Assembly: GCA_046706145.1 (NCBI GenBank)
Contig: JBJKPP010000157.1
Span: forward strand, 1-41,592
Direction: 5' to 3'
DNA length: 41,592 bases
Origin: Ignavibacteriaceae bacterium
GTDB taxonomy: Bacteria > Bacteroidota > Ignavibacteria > Ignavibacteriales > Ignavibacteriaceae
The position numbers were made by a program, and so were the translations under genes. Positions 9,517 to 19,524 of the stretch are shown here, piece after piece; positions within the stretch are counted from its first letter, which is position 1, and each line of letters starts with the position of its first letter. The notes beneath the pieces were generated by a model that made no database searches, had not been told where the DNA came from, and saw only the letters and a list, made by a program, of their open reading frames with translations.

Positions 9517-10796
9517 AAAAATGTATTGTGATTGGCGGGGGTTTCGCCGGTCTATCAGCTGCTGCATACCTTATTAAAAACAATGTCCAGGTCGAAATTA
9601 TTGAGGCATCTTCCAAATTAGGAGGCAGAGCCTTTTCACTTCAGGATGACAAAACAGGAGATTTTATTGATAATGGACAGCATATTTTGCTCGGCTGTTA
9701 TAAAGATACGCTTGAGTTCTTAAAAATTATTAATGCGACTGATAATTTTAATTTCCAGAGTAATCTTGAAATCAATTTTTTAAGAGAAAGTTCTAGAGAG
9801 TTTCCGCTGAAAGCAGTTAATCTACCTTATCCACTAAACTTGCTATTTGGGTTTTTGAATTATAAGGCGCTTTCACTAAAAGAACGACTTCAAATAATTC
9901 AATTTTTTATCAGACTTTACTTCTATTCTGATTCTTTCCTGGAGAAAATCACTATAAACGATTGGCTGAATTTAGAAGAGCAGGGCGATAATACTAAGAA
10001 ATGCTTTTGGGAAATAGTATCTATTGCGGCTCTCAACTGCGGTACAAATTTAGCATCAGCACAGATTTTTTCAAGTATTCTAAAGAAGATATTTTTTAAA
10101 GGCAAAAAAGCAGCAACAATAATTCTACCTAAATTTGATCTGTCAAAAAGTTTTTGTGATAGTACAAAAACTTATGTTGAAGAGAATGACAGTCAGATTT
10201 CTTTTTCGGAATCACTTGAAGAATTTGTATTTACTTCGGACAAGTTGGAGAGTATTGTAACCAACAAAAGAGTTATAAAAGATTTTAATTATGTTATATC
10301 CGCTTTACCTCTTAATGCAATAAAAAAAGCCTTGAAAGAAAATGATTTTTTACGAGATTTAAACCTTGATTATTCTTCTATTTTAAATATTCATTTGTGG
10401 TATGAAGACAATCCTTTGGAACATGATTTTTATGGATTTATTGGTTCGGCTATTCATTGGGTATTTAACAAAGGGACGCATATAACAGTAACAATTAGTG
10501 ATGCTAACAAATATGAAAGTTTAGACAAAGAAGAAATTATGAAAATTGTCTTGGAAGAAATTGAAAAATACTTGAAGTTATCAAAAAATAAGATAAAACA
10601 TTTTAGAGTAATTAGAGAAAAGCGAGCCACATTTGTTCCAACAAGAAATATAATTAATAATAGGCCTGAATCAGCGACCAGGTGGAAAAATTTTTTCTTA
10701 GCGGGAGATTGGACAAATACTGGCCTTCCATCAACTATTGAGGGTGCTGTAAAATCAGGTAAAAAAGCTTCTCTCAATGTATTAAAAACATTGTAG
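9513..10796 (+). CDS. hpnE: hydroxysqualene dehydroxylase HpnE (FAD-dependent amine-oxidase-type oxidoreductase)
   Basis: MKKCIVIGGGFAGLSAA dinucleotide-binding fold from the ATG at 9513, which forms ATGA with the hpnD stop. The track's TTG at 9486 is an unlikely start. C-terminal FLAGDWT..PSTIEGAV. Third position in the hpnCDE order. Confidence 0.72.
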   Translation: MKKCIVIGGGFAGLSAAAYLIKNNVQVEIIEASSKLGGRAFSLQDDKTGDFIDNGQHILLGCYKDTLEFLKIINATDNFNFQSNLEINFLRESSREFPLKAVNLPYPLNLLFGFLNYKALSLKERLQIIQFFIRLYFYSDSFLEKITINDWLNLEEQGDNTKKCFWEIVSIAALNCGTNLASAQIFSSILKKIFFKGKKAATIILPKFDLSKSFCDSTKTYVEENDSQISFSESLEEFVFTSDKLESIVTNKRVIKDFNYVISALPLNAIKKALKENDFLRDLNLDYSSILNIHLWYEDNPLEHDFYGFIGSAIHWVFNKGTHITVTISDANKYESLDKEEIMKIVLEEIEKYLKLSKNKIKHFRVIREKRATFVPTRNIINNRPESATRWKNFFLAGDWTNTGLPSTIEGAVKSGKKASLNVLKTL

Positions 10797-11029
10797 TTAT
10801 TGACTAATTTTTACATTATATAAGCCTTTAATTGTTATTTATTTTGGCTTATATTTTGTGCTATTATTTGAAAATGTTTGTTTTTTACATTTTAAATAAT
10901 TTGAAAAATAAATTTAGAGGAGAACTATAGCCAATTTTTACACGTGATTAACTATTTCTTCTAAGGTAAGTTATTAAGATCAGAGACAAAAAATTCATCT
11001 GGGAAGTTATCCGTGTAGCCATAGCTTCT

Positions 11030-14000
11030 TTGGTTTTATTCTTCGCAGCAATTAGCTCCGGTTTCAGATACTCATCGGATATAAAGATTGACCAGCCGAT
11101 TTGGGTGGATGCATTGATTAAATTTGCATCTGCCAATAAAACTCACACCTATAAAATTCCTTTGGGTAATTTAGGGATTAAAAATCGGGATGGGAAATTA
11201 GTAGAAAAAGTAAACGACAGTAATTTAAATTCCCCTCCTCAGGTAACAACTTCATTAGACACAAATAGTGTTAAAAAAGATACCTTAAGCAAAAATCTCA
11301 ATGACACATTAGCGGTTAAGCAAAAAGTAGATTCCATGGCTATTGATTCTACGGCAAGGTTAAAGTACTTGGGCCCTAGACCAAGTATTTTACCTTATGT
11401 GACATTTAAACCTCCACAAGTTTCTCCTTTGTTTCTTATGCCTTCCCCCGAATATCAAACTAGAGAAGTTGAACTTGATTCTACCGGTAAGAATGTGAAT
11501 ATTATTGACAAGGTCGCCGGCGAAAAATCTAAAATAGTTTTGACTATGCCGCTTGAAGAATATATAAACATGAAGATGGCGCTTGAAGAACAGCAAGATT
11601 GGGAAGATTTGGGGCATCAATATGTTTTGCAGAATGGAGATCAGGGATTACAACAAGTAATAAAAGATATCACAAATTTTGAAATACCATTACCAAGTGT
11701 AGGTTTGTTAACTATTTTTGGAAAGCCAAGAATAAGCTTAAAAATTGCAGGAGCAGTAGATATCCACGGTGCCTGGCAAAGCCAAACTACAGAAGGTGTA
11801 ACAGCCTCACTTTTGGGGAATACACGTAATGAGCCTGATTTTTCTCAACAAGTTCAAATCAACGTTGATGGAACGATTGGTGACAAATTAAATATCAGTG
11901 CTGATTGGAATACGCAAAGACAATTCGATTATCAGAACCAGTTGAAAATAAAATATACTGGTTATGAAGATGAAATAATACAGAGCGTGGAAGCAGGCAA
12001 CGTGTCATTACAGACTTCGCCCTTGGTTGGGGGAAGTGAAGCACTTTTTGGAGTTAAAGCTAAATTACAGCTTGGACCGTTAGACCTCACTGCCCTGGCC
12101 AGCCAACAGAAAGGCCAGACTAAAACTATAACTGTAAGTGGTGGTTCAGAGTCGCAGCCCATTAATTTGAGAGCATATAGCTATGCTACCAATAATTACT
12201 TTCTTGATACTATATATGCAAGTACAAGTCCAAGTTTAAATCTATTCGAGAATTATTATAATAGTTCGGGGACAAATGTTAATCCTCGATATAGGGTAGT
12301 TCAACTTGAAGTCTGGAAGTCTTATAACACAGTTGGAGGAGATAAATCGAAAATAAGATATGCCAATGCATATATAAATTTGCCGCCGCATTATCCTAGC
12401 CAGACTTATAATGATATACCGGGAGGTAGTAATTATAGAAAATCCCTCCAGCCTGTACCAGGGCAAAGCGAGACAGGAAGATTTATTCTATTACAACCAG
12501 ATGTCGATTATACTTTACATCCGGAAACAGGTTATATCACATTAAATACCCAACTTAATGATAATGACATTATTGCTGTGGCCTATAGAATGCAGGGAAC
12601 ATCTGCATCTGACAGCAACACATGCTATGGTGAATTTCTAAGCGCAGCTAATAAACTGCAGGCTAAAACTGGTGATTCCACCATTGTGCTAAAACTTGTT
12701 AAACCTAGCAACTTATTACCTCAATATAAAGAGGCGTGGTCGCTCCAATTGAAAAACATATATAATGTTGGAGGACTGGGTATTAACCAAAATGGGTTTA
12801 CCTTGGATATCAAGTATGAAGAACCTGGGCAGGATCCAGTTTCCGGCTTTGGCAATGTTAAATTTCTGCATGCTTTTGGTTTCGATAATGCTAACGCCAA
12901 TGGTTCTCCCCAGCCGGATGGTCAATTTGATTGGAATCCAGGCTACACCATTATGCCGGCAGCGGGAGAAATTATTTTTCCTACTTTGCAGCCTTTTGGA
13001 AAAGATCTGCCTTCCGGCATACCTGACTCTTTAAGCTTTCCTGATGTTTACGATACACTCACAACATTTGCACAGCAGAATACTAACAAAGATAAATGGG
13101 AAATCACAGGTCAATTTTCCGGAAGCGTAACATCTACTTATAATCTTGGCTTTAACCTGGTGGAGAATTCTGTCCATGTGTATCTCAATGGAGCTGAATT
13201 ACAGCCAAATGTGGATTATACCATTGATTATAATGTTGGGCAATTGACCATTTTAAACAATGCTGCTTTGGTTCCTGGAGCAAATTTAAAAATTACTTAT
13301 GAACAAAATGATCTCTTTTCGTTGGCAAGTAAAACTCTTCTTGGTGCAAGAGCTGTTTTAAATCTATCTGATAAAACTAAATTAGGATTCTCTCTTCTAA
13401 ATTTAAATGAACAGACTTTAAATGATAAAGTTAGAATTGGTGAAGAACCTCTTTCAAATACTATGATGGGAACAGATTTTAGTACAAGCGGAGACCTGCC
13501 GTTTTTAACACGTGCTTTAGACCACTTAATATCTACTAAACAAATGTCCACTTTTACTTTAGGCGGTGAATTTGCCTACATGAATCCGAACCCAAATACA
13601 AAAACTAGTACTATTGCGTCTGACAATGGTCAAAGTATTGCATATGTTGATGATTTTGAAGGTTCCAAGGAAATAATTCCCGTTGGCGTTTCCTATACTT
13701 CATGGAAAGACCTAAGTGCACCCGGTGATTTGAAAAATATTATTAATCCCTCTTCAATTCCTGCCGATTCTACTGTACCGCAGGAAATGATGAAGTATAA
13801 AGCCCATAGTTTTTGGTTTAATATTACTCCATCCCAGGTAAGCGTTCAAAATATTTGGGGTAACGCAAAACAAGTTGCTCAACAAGATCAGAGTGAGCCT
13901 GTACTTGATTACTGCTTCGTCCCTGATACCCCTGGATGCTACAATGGTAATCCACGCCTAAAAGATGTCAAAAAAAATTGGGGAGGAATGATGAAAGCCC

Positions 14001-17000
14001 TCTCGTCGGCTGCAACAAATTTGATTGAACAAAATATTAATTACATAGAATTTTGGATGAAAATTGATAGGGGAAGTACGGGGGATGGTTTTTACGCTCC
14101 TCCTGATACTGCTCATTTATATATCGATTTGGGAAGGATAAGTGAAGATGTTATACCGAATGGTAAGCTTGATACAGAAGATAAAAATAATAACCAGATT
14201 GTAGATCAGGGTGAAGATAATGGGCTTGATGGTAGGACTGATGAACAAGAAGCAGCATATTATCACTTACCCCCTGGCACTCCAGACCCGGCACATGATA
14301 ATTTTGCATTTAATGGGGGAGCCGGTTCAAAAACACTATGGGATTATTTTAGCATCAACGGAACCCAAGGTAATGCCTCTAATTATGATAATGGCAGAAT
14401 ACCAGACACGGAAGATTTAAATAATAATGGCAGTCTTGATGTAATAAATAGTTATTTTAGATATGCTGTACCTTTAGATACAAGCGCTAAAAACAATCCG
14501 TTCATCGCAGGTCGTGGGGGTAAAGGTAGTGATGGCCAGTGGCGTTTGATTAGAATTCCGTTAAAAGATACATCGCTCACTGTTGGCGATCCAAGCTTAG
14601 CAACTGTTCAATACATTAGATTATTTGTTTATGGACTAAGCAAGCCTTTACACTTGAGTTTTGCTGAATTTAATCTAGCCGGAAATCAATGGCAGTCAGC
14701 TACACCTCAGGATTCAACGATGCAGGTATCTGTAATTAATATAGAAGACAATTCCACTACATATTATCTCCCGCCTGGTTTGCAACGTGCACATGATAAC
14801 ACTCAACCAAATCAAACAGTATTGCTGAATGAACAATCTATGAATTTGATTTTTAATGGTCTAAAGAAAGGTGAATCAAGAGAAGCATTTAAAACTTTAT
14901 ATAGCAGTATAGATGTATTCAATTATAAGCAAATGAAGTTGTTTATACATGGTGACCTTAACCCTACAAAAGGTAATCTATCTTTTTCTAATCCGAGCGC
15001 AGGTGAATATTCTGCATATGTTTACTTTAAATTTGGTACTGATTCAACTAATTACTATGAATATCAGGAACCGCTGGTTCCCGATTGGCAAGAAATAAGC
15101 ATAACTTTTAGTGATCTTACCCGCCTTAAGGAAATAAGGGGAGACAGTGTCTCAGGTGTGATTACTAGTCAGGTTCCAGGAGAACCTGACCATTATTATA
15201 AGATAAGAGGACAACCTACTCTTACTGCTATTAAATACCTTGTAGTAGGTGTATATAATATAAATAATAATAGTTTTAACCCTGGTCCGTTGTCTGGGCA
15301 GATGTGGGTGGATGAATTACGCGTAATTGGAGCAGATAATACGCCTGGATGGGCGTATACTGCTTCTTCATCTCTGCAATTGGCAGACTTAATGGGAATT
15401 AACTTTAATATTAGCCAAACATCGCCTCAATTTCACTCTTTGAGCCAGCAATTTGGTAACAGAGTTATGTCCAAGAATTGGGGTTTTTCCACCAACTTAA
15501 ACATTTTGAAATTACTTCCATTCAAATTAGATGATAGCAACTTCAAGGTAAATTATTCTCACAGTGAATCTATTGGTCAGCCGCAGTATATGCCTGGTAC
15601 CGATATTCAGGTAAATGCCGCTGCTGCATTAGCCGAACAAAGGGCAACTGATTCAACATCCGGAACACAGTTAACTGCAGCTCAAATACGCAACCAGGTT
15701 GAAACAGTAACAACATCAGATGTTCTCTCAACTTCCGGGGTTCAATTGAAGATACCATCTTCATACTGGTTAGTTAGAGATACTTGGAACCGATTAAGTT
15801 TTTCTTTTAACTATAACAAAAGCTTTAGCCGTTCGCCGACCGTATTGAGTAATAAGGGCTGGAACTGGAATTTTTCTATGAATTACGGCCTAAATTTAAG
15901 TCCGGATAACTACATATATCCTGTCAAATTACCATTGATAGGTTCTATTTTAGGATTGTTTTCTGATTATAGGAATCTTAAAGTATATTTTACTCCGCAA
16001 AATTTCTCCTTTAACATGTCGGCTAACCGGTATAGAACTATAAATGTTACTAGAGCAATTGGAAACACTGCGCAACAGTCTGATACCAGTAGGGATTTTT
16101 CCGCACAAAGAGGATTCAGCTATAACTGGAAATTAACAGAAGGAGGTTTATTAAATCTATCAACCGATTATAACGTACATATTAATTCTTCACTATTATA
16201 TCTGGAAACAAATGCCGATGGATTGCAGCGGAGCAGTAGTGCTATATTCAATGATATTTTTTCCGGCACTTTTTTTGGGAAAGATTATCAATATACCCAA
16301 AACTTTGATTTAAAAGCTTCTCCGATTTTACCATCTTTATGGAATTTGGACAGATTCTTTTCCTTAAATGCAAGTTATTCCGCGACATATCAGTGGCAGG
16401 ATAACCTTAGACAGCAAGATTTAGGAGTAAGTGCCGGCTATCAAAACAGGACAAATCTTTCTATGGTATTAAGATTGAAAGCCCTTACAGATCCAATATT
16501 TTCTAATTTATCTCAGAGAGAGAATGAAGAAGCCTCCAATGTTGAAAATACCCGGAGGGCAGAGGAAGAAGCGGAAAGAGCAAGAGCAATAGGGAAAGAA
16601 AATAATGCTAATAAACAAAACGAAGTTAAAAATGAAGTTGCAAAAACCTCCAGTGTAGATACGTCTTCAAACAATGAAATAACCAAGAATAAACATCCTC
16701 TTAAAAATCTGTTGCTTTTTTTGGAATCTGCTGTTCAGTATACTCTTTTTGATTACGATAATATTAATGTTAATTTCACGAATTCTAACTCGTTGTCGCA
16801 AGGCGGTCTTGAATATGACAATACAGGATTTAACAATTTCTGGGGTCTAAAATTAAACTATTCGAAAGGGCCGTCAAGAGCATTTATGCTAGGGTTAAGT
16901 GATTATGCGGGACCGAGGGCGCCGAATGCTCAGCTTACAGATATTTATTCACAAACTAATGATCTTTCCTTATCCACTTCTCGAAATTTGTGGGAGGGAG

Positions 17001-17935
17001 CCACGATTAACATAAATTGGGATGTTAATTGGAGTTATAATAAGAATACTACACTTGCGTCCGATGCCAATGGAAATACCTCTATAAGTACAGTAAGTTC
17101 TTCTGGCACAATCAGCAGAACTTTTCTCACATTTCCACCTTTTCTTTTCTTTAGCTTCCTCAAATCTGGAGTGGATAGAGTTCATCAATTAGATCCTAAT
17201 GCACAGGATCTTTCCGATGCTTTTGTTCAGGGGTTTGAAACTTTTCCGATTCTTTCGAAACTAGGACCATTTTCGCAACTGGCTAATTATATACCCCGGC
17301 CAAATTGGACATTTACCTGGAGCGGTTTGCAATCTATTCCATTTTTCCATGGATTTGCTAAAGATGTTAGTTTGACGCATTCATATAGTTCGACTTATAC
17401 GGAAGGCTGGATGACTACCATTGACGGTTCTAGAGAGGTTCAGTCACAAAGAATTCAGTACGGATTTAATCCGTTGATAGGGCTGTCTATTACATTTAAA
17501 GAATTGTGGGGAGGGAACTTAATTGGCAGTGCAAAGTATTCAACTACTACAAGTTATGATTTAGGACTAAGTACGAATAATATTACACAAACATATTCCA
17601 AAAGTATAGGAATTACTGCAGGGTACTCTAAAAGCGGATTTGATCTTCCAATTTTTGGTATTTCTTTAAAGAATGATATTCAATTTAGTCTTACTTATTC
17701 TCTTGATCAAAATTCCTCGGTGTTGTTTGATATGCTAAATTTCAATGAAAATGGTGTTCCTCAAGACGGTACCGTAAGGACCACAATAGAACCATCAATA
17801 AAATATACAATAAGTTCAAAGGTTACGCTATCGATATTTTATACAAGAACTTCTGTTCAGCCGGAGGGAGCATCCACAATTCCGCCGACAGTTACTAATG
17901 AGGCTGGGTTGGATGTTCATATTTCAATACAATAA
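11030..17935 (+). CDS. sprA: type IX secretion system outer-membrane translocon SprA (Sov)
   Basis: 2301 aa. SprA-family blocks such as VDGTIGDKLNISADWNTQRQFDYQNQLKIKYTGYEDEIIQSVEAGNVS and LFGVKAKLQLGPLDLTALASQQKGQTKTI. The 5' end is uncertain: 11030 is a TTG, and the frame stays open back to 10970 (see findings). Confidence 0.9.
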   Translation: MVLFFAAISSGFRYSSDIKIDQPIWVDALIKFASANKTHTYKIPLGNLGIKNRDGKLVEKVNDSNLNSPPQVTTSLDTNSVKKDTLSKNLNDTLAVKQKVDSMAIDSTARLKYLGPRPSILPYVTFKPPQVSPLFLMPSPEYQTREVELDSTGKNVNIIDKVAGEKSKIVLTMPLEEYINMKMALEEQQDWEDLGHQYVLQNGDQGLQQVIKDITNFEIPLPSVGLLTIFGKPRISLKIAGAVDIHGAWQSQTTEGVTASLLGNTRNEPDFSQQVQINVDGTIGDKLNISADWNTQRQFDYQNQLKIKYTGYEDEIIQSVEAGNVSLQTSPLVGGSEALFGVKAKLQLGPLDLTALASQQKGQTKTITVSGGSESQPINLRAYSYATNNYFLDTIYASTSPSLNLFENYYNSSGTNVNPRYRVVQLEVWKSYNTVGGDKSKIRYANAYINLPPHYPSQTYNDIPGGSNYRKSLQPVPGQSETGRFILLQPDVDYTLHPETGYITLNTQLNDNDIIAVAYRMQGTSASDSNTCYGEFLSAANKLQAKTGDSTIVLKLVKPSNLLPQYKEAWSLQLKNIYNVGGLGINQNGFTLDIKYEEPGQDPVSGFGNVKFLHAFGFDNANANGSPQPDGQFDWNPGYTIMPAAGEIIFPTLQPFGKDLPSGIPDSLSFPDVYDTLTTFAQQNTNKDKWEITGQFSGSVTSTYNLGFNLVENSVHVYLNGAELQPNVDYTIDYNVGQLTILNNAALVPGANLKITYEQNDLFSLASKTLLGARAVLNLSDKTKLGFSLLNLNEQTLNDKVRIGEEPLSNTMMGTDFSTSGDLPFLTRALDHLISTKQMSTFTLGGEFAYMNPNPNTKTSTIASDNGQSIAYVDDFEGSKEIIPVGVSYTSWKDLSAPGDLKNIINPSSIPADSTVPQEMMKYKAHSFWFNITPSQVSVQNIWGNAKQVAQQDQSEPVLDYCFVPDTPGCYNGNPRLKDVKKNWGGMMKALSSAATNLIEQNINYIEFWMKIDRGSTGDGFYAPPDTAHLYIDLGRISEDVIPNGKLDTEDKNNNQIVDQGEDNGLDGRTDEQEAAYYHLPPGTPDPAHDNFAFNGGAGSKTLWDYFSINGTQGNASNYDNGRIPDTEDLNNNGSLDVINSYFRYAVPLDTSAKNNPFIAGRGGKGSDGQWRLIRIPLKDTSLTVGDPSLATVQYIRLFVYGLSKPLHLSFAEFNLAGNQWQSATPQDSTMQVSVINIEDNSTTYYLPPGLQRAHDNTQPNQTVLLNEQSMNLIFNGLKKGESREAFKTLYSSIDVFNYKQMKLFIHGDLNPTKGNLSFSNPSAGEYSAYVYFKFGTDSTNYYEYQEPLVPDWQEISITFSDLTRLKEIRGDSVSGVITSQVPGEPDHYYKIRGQPTLTAIKYLVVGVYNINNNSFNPGPLSGQMWVDELRVIGADNTPGWAYTASSSLQLADLMGINFNISQTSPQFHSLSQQFGNRVMSKNWGFSTNLNILKLLPFKLDDSNFKVNYSHSESIGQPQYMPGTDIQVNAAAALAEQRATDSTSGTQLTAAQIRNQVETVTTSDVLSTSGVQLKIPSSYWLVRDTWNRLSFSFNYNKSFSRSPTVLSNKGWNWNFSMNYGLNLSPDNYIYPVKLPLIGSILGLFSDYRNLKVYFTPQNFSFNMSANRYRTINVTRAIGNTAQQSDTSRDFSAQRGFSYNWKLTEGGLLNLSTDYNVHINSSLLYLETNADGLQRSSSAIFNDIFSGTFFGKDYQYTQNFDLKASPILPSLWNLDRFFSLNASYSATYQWQDNLRQQDLGVSAGYQNRTNLSMVLRLKALTDPIFSNLSQRENEEASNVENTRRAEEEAERARAIGKENNANKQNEVKNEVAKTSSVDTSSNNEITKNKHPLKNLLLFLESAVQYTLFDYDNINVNFTNSNSLSQGGLEYDNTGFNNFWGLKLNYSKGPSRAFMLGLSDYAGPRAPNAQLTDIYSQTNDLSLSTSRNLWEGATININWDVNWSYNKNTTLASDANGNTSISTVSSSGTISRTFLTFPPFLFFSFLKSGVDRVHQLDPNAQDLSDAFVQGFETFPILSKLGPFSQLANYIPRPNWTFTWSGLQSIPFFHGFAKDVSLTHSYSSTYTEGWMTTIDGSREVQSQRIQYGFNPLIGLSITFKELWGGNLIGSAKYSTTTSYDLGLSTNNITQTYSKSIGITAGYSKSGFDLPIFGISLKNDIQFSLTYSLDQNSSVLFDMLNFNENGVPQDGTVRTTIEPSIKYTISSKVTLSIFYTRTSVQPEGASTIPPTVTNEAGLDVHISIQ

Positions 17936-17955
17936 AATATTATTAGGAGAAATTG

Positions 17956-19524
17956 ATGAAAAATAGAAGGATTCTTTGGGTTGATGATGAAATAGAACTC
18001 TTGAAATCTCACATAATTTTTCTGACTGAAAAAGGATATGATGTTGATACTGTAACTAATGGTGAAGATGCTTTGAGTTCTGTAAAGGAAAAAAATTATG
18101 ATTTGATTTTTCTCGATGAAATGATGGCAGGAATGGGTGGTTTAGAAACCCTGGGACAAATAAAAGATGTAAGTCCTAGCCTGCCGGTGGTTATGGTTAC
18201 AAAGAGCGAAGAAGAAACCTTGATGAATGAAGCCATAGGGAGTAAAATATCCGATTACTTGACAAAACCGGTGAATCCGAGCCAGATATTATTAGTTTGC
18301 AAAAAAATACTTGAATCAAAAAAAATAACAAATGAACATACCGCAAAAGATTATCTGCAGGATTTCAATCAGATTTCTCAGGCGATGGTAAATAATCTTG
18401 ATTATGTGGAATGGATAGAACTCTATCTAAAATTGGTAAACTGGGAACTTGAACTGGATATGCATCCTGAAATTAATTTAAGACAAACACTTATTGATCA
18501 AAAACGGGAAGCTAATAAGGAATTCTCAAAATTTGTTGAAAAGAATTATAGAAATTGGCTTGCTGGAGGAGAGGATGCTTACACACCAGTACTTTCTAAC
18601 CAGGTAACTAACAAATATGTATTTCCAAATCTGGACGATTCAAAGTCATCTGTTTTCTATTTTGTAATTGACTGTTTAAGAATGGATCAATGGTTATTGA
18701 TGGAGAGGGAGCTTTCCGATTTGTTCGCAATAGATAAAGAATATTACTACTCCATTTTACCTACAGCAACTCCTTATGCAAGGAATGCAATATTCAGCGG
18801 TTTATATCCTTCTGAAATAGAGAAATATTACCCTAACCTATGGCAATCAGGGGACGATGACGAACGGAGCATGAATAAATATGAAAAAGAATTGCTTCAA
18901 TTGCTTATAGACAGAAAAAAAATAAAATTAAAAAATGAGTTAAAGTACATAAAAATAATTGATCCTGAGGTAGGACGTAATTTTGAACAAAATATTTTGT
19001 CCTATCAGAACACACATCTAACAGCTGTAGTGGTTAATTTTTTAGATATGATTGCTCATGGAAGATCAGATTCTGATTTGCTTAAAGAAATTGCTCCCGA
19101 TGAGCCGGCATATCGTTCATTAACCAGCAGTTGGTTTAAGCATTCATCACTTCTTGGAACATTAAAGTCGCTATCAAAAATAGATAACGTTAAAATTATT
19201 ATTACTACCGACCACGGAAGTGTCAGATCTCTAAGAGGAGCAAAAGTCCTTGGAGATAGAGAAGCCTCTACAAATTTGAGATTCAAATATGGAAGAAATC
19301 TTAAAGTAGATGAAAAACATGCTATTTATATAAAAAATAGCGAAGACTATAAACTGCCAAAACGAGGAGTTACGATTAATTATATAATAGCAAAAGAAGA
19401 TTATTATTTTGTTTATCCGACTGATTACCATAAATTTCTAACCTATTATAAAGATACCTTTCAACATGGAGGGATTTCCATGGAAGAAATGATTTTGCCA
19501 GTAATAACAATGGAGCCAAAATAA
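17956..19524 (+). CDS. porX: T9SS response regulator PorX (CheY-like receiver fused to a PglZ / alkaline-phosphatase-superfamily domain)
   Basis: Receiver motifs ILWVDDE, IFLDEMM and LTKPV, with C-terminal PglZ-type ITTDHGS. AGGAGA lies 5 nt before the ATG at 17956; the track's TTG at 17953 is one codon earlier. Confidence 0.82.
   Translation: MKNRRILWVDDEIELLKSHIIFLTEKGYDVDTVTNGEDALSSVKEKNYDLIFLDEMMAGMGGLETLGQIKDVSPSLPVVMVTKSEEETLMNEAIGSKISDYLTKPVNPSQILLVCKKILESKKITNEHTAKDYLQDFNQISQAMVNNLDYVEWIELYLKLVNWELELDMHPEINLRQTLIDQKREANKEFSKFVEKNYRNWLAGGEDAYTPVLSNQVTNKYVFPNLDDSKSSVFYFVIDCLRMDQWLLMERELSDLFAIDKEYYYSILPTATPYARNAIFSGLYPSEIEKYYPNLWQSGDDDERSMNKYEKELLQLLIDRKKIKLKNELKYIKIIDPEVGRNFEQNILSYQNTHLTAVVVNFLDMIAHGRSDSDLLKEIAPDEPAYRSLTSSWFKHSSLLGTLKSLSKIDNVKIIITTDHGSVRSLRGAKVLGDREASTNLRFKYGRNLKVDEKHAIYIKNSEDYKLPKRGVTINYIIAKEDYYFVYPTDYHKFLTYYKDTFQHGGISMEEMILPVITMEPK

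Noticed and set aside
10818-10860. ATATAAGCC ... GGCTTATAT stem followed by TTTTGTG after hpnE
   Set aside because: The 19-nt AT-rich loop makes it a weak structure. It is possibly a terminator but I cannot support the call.
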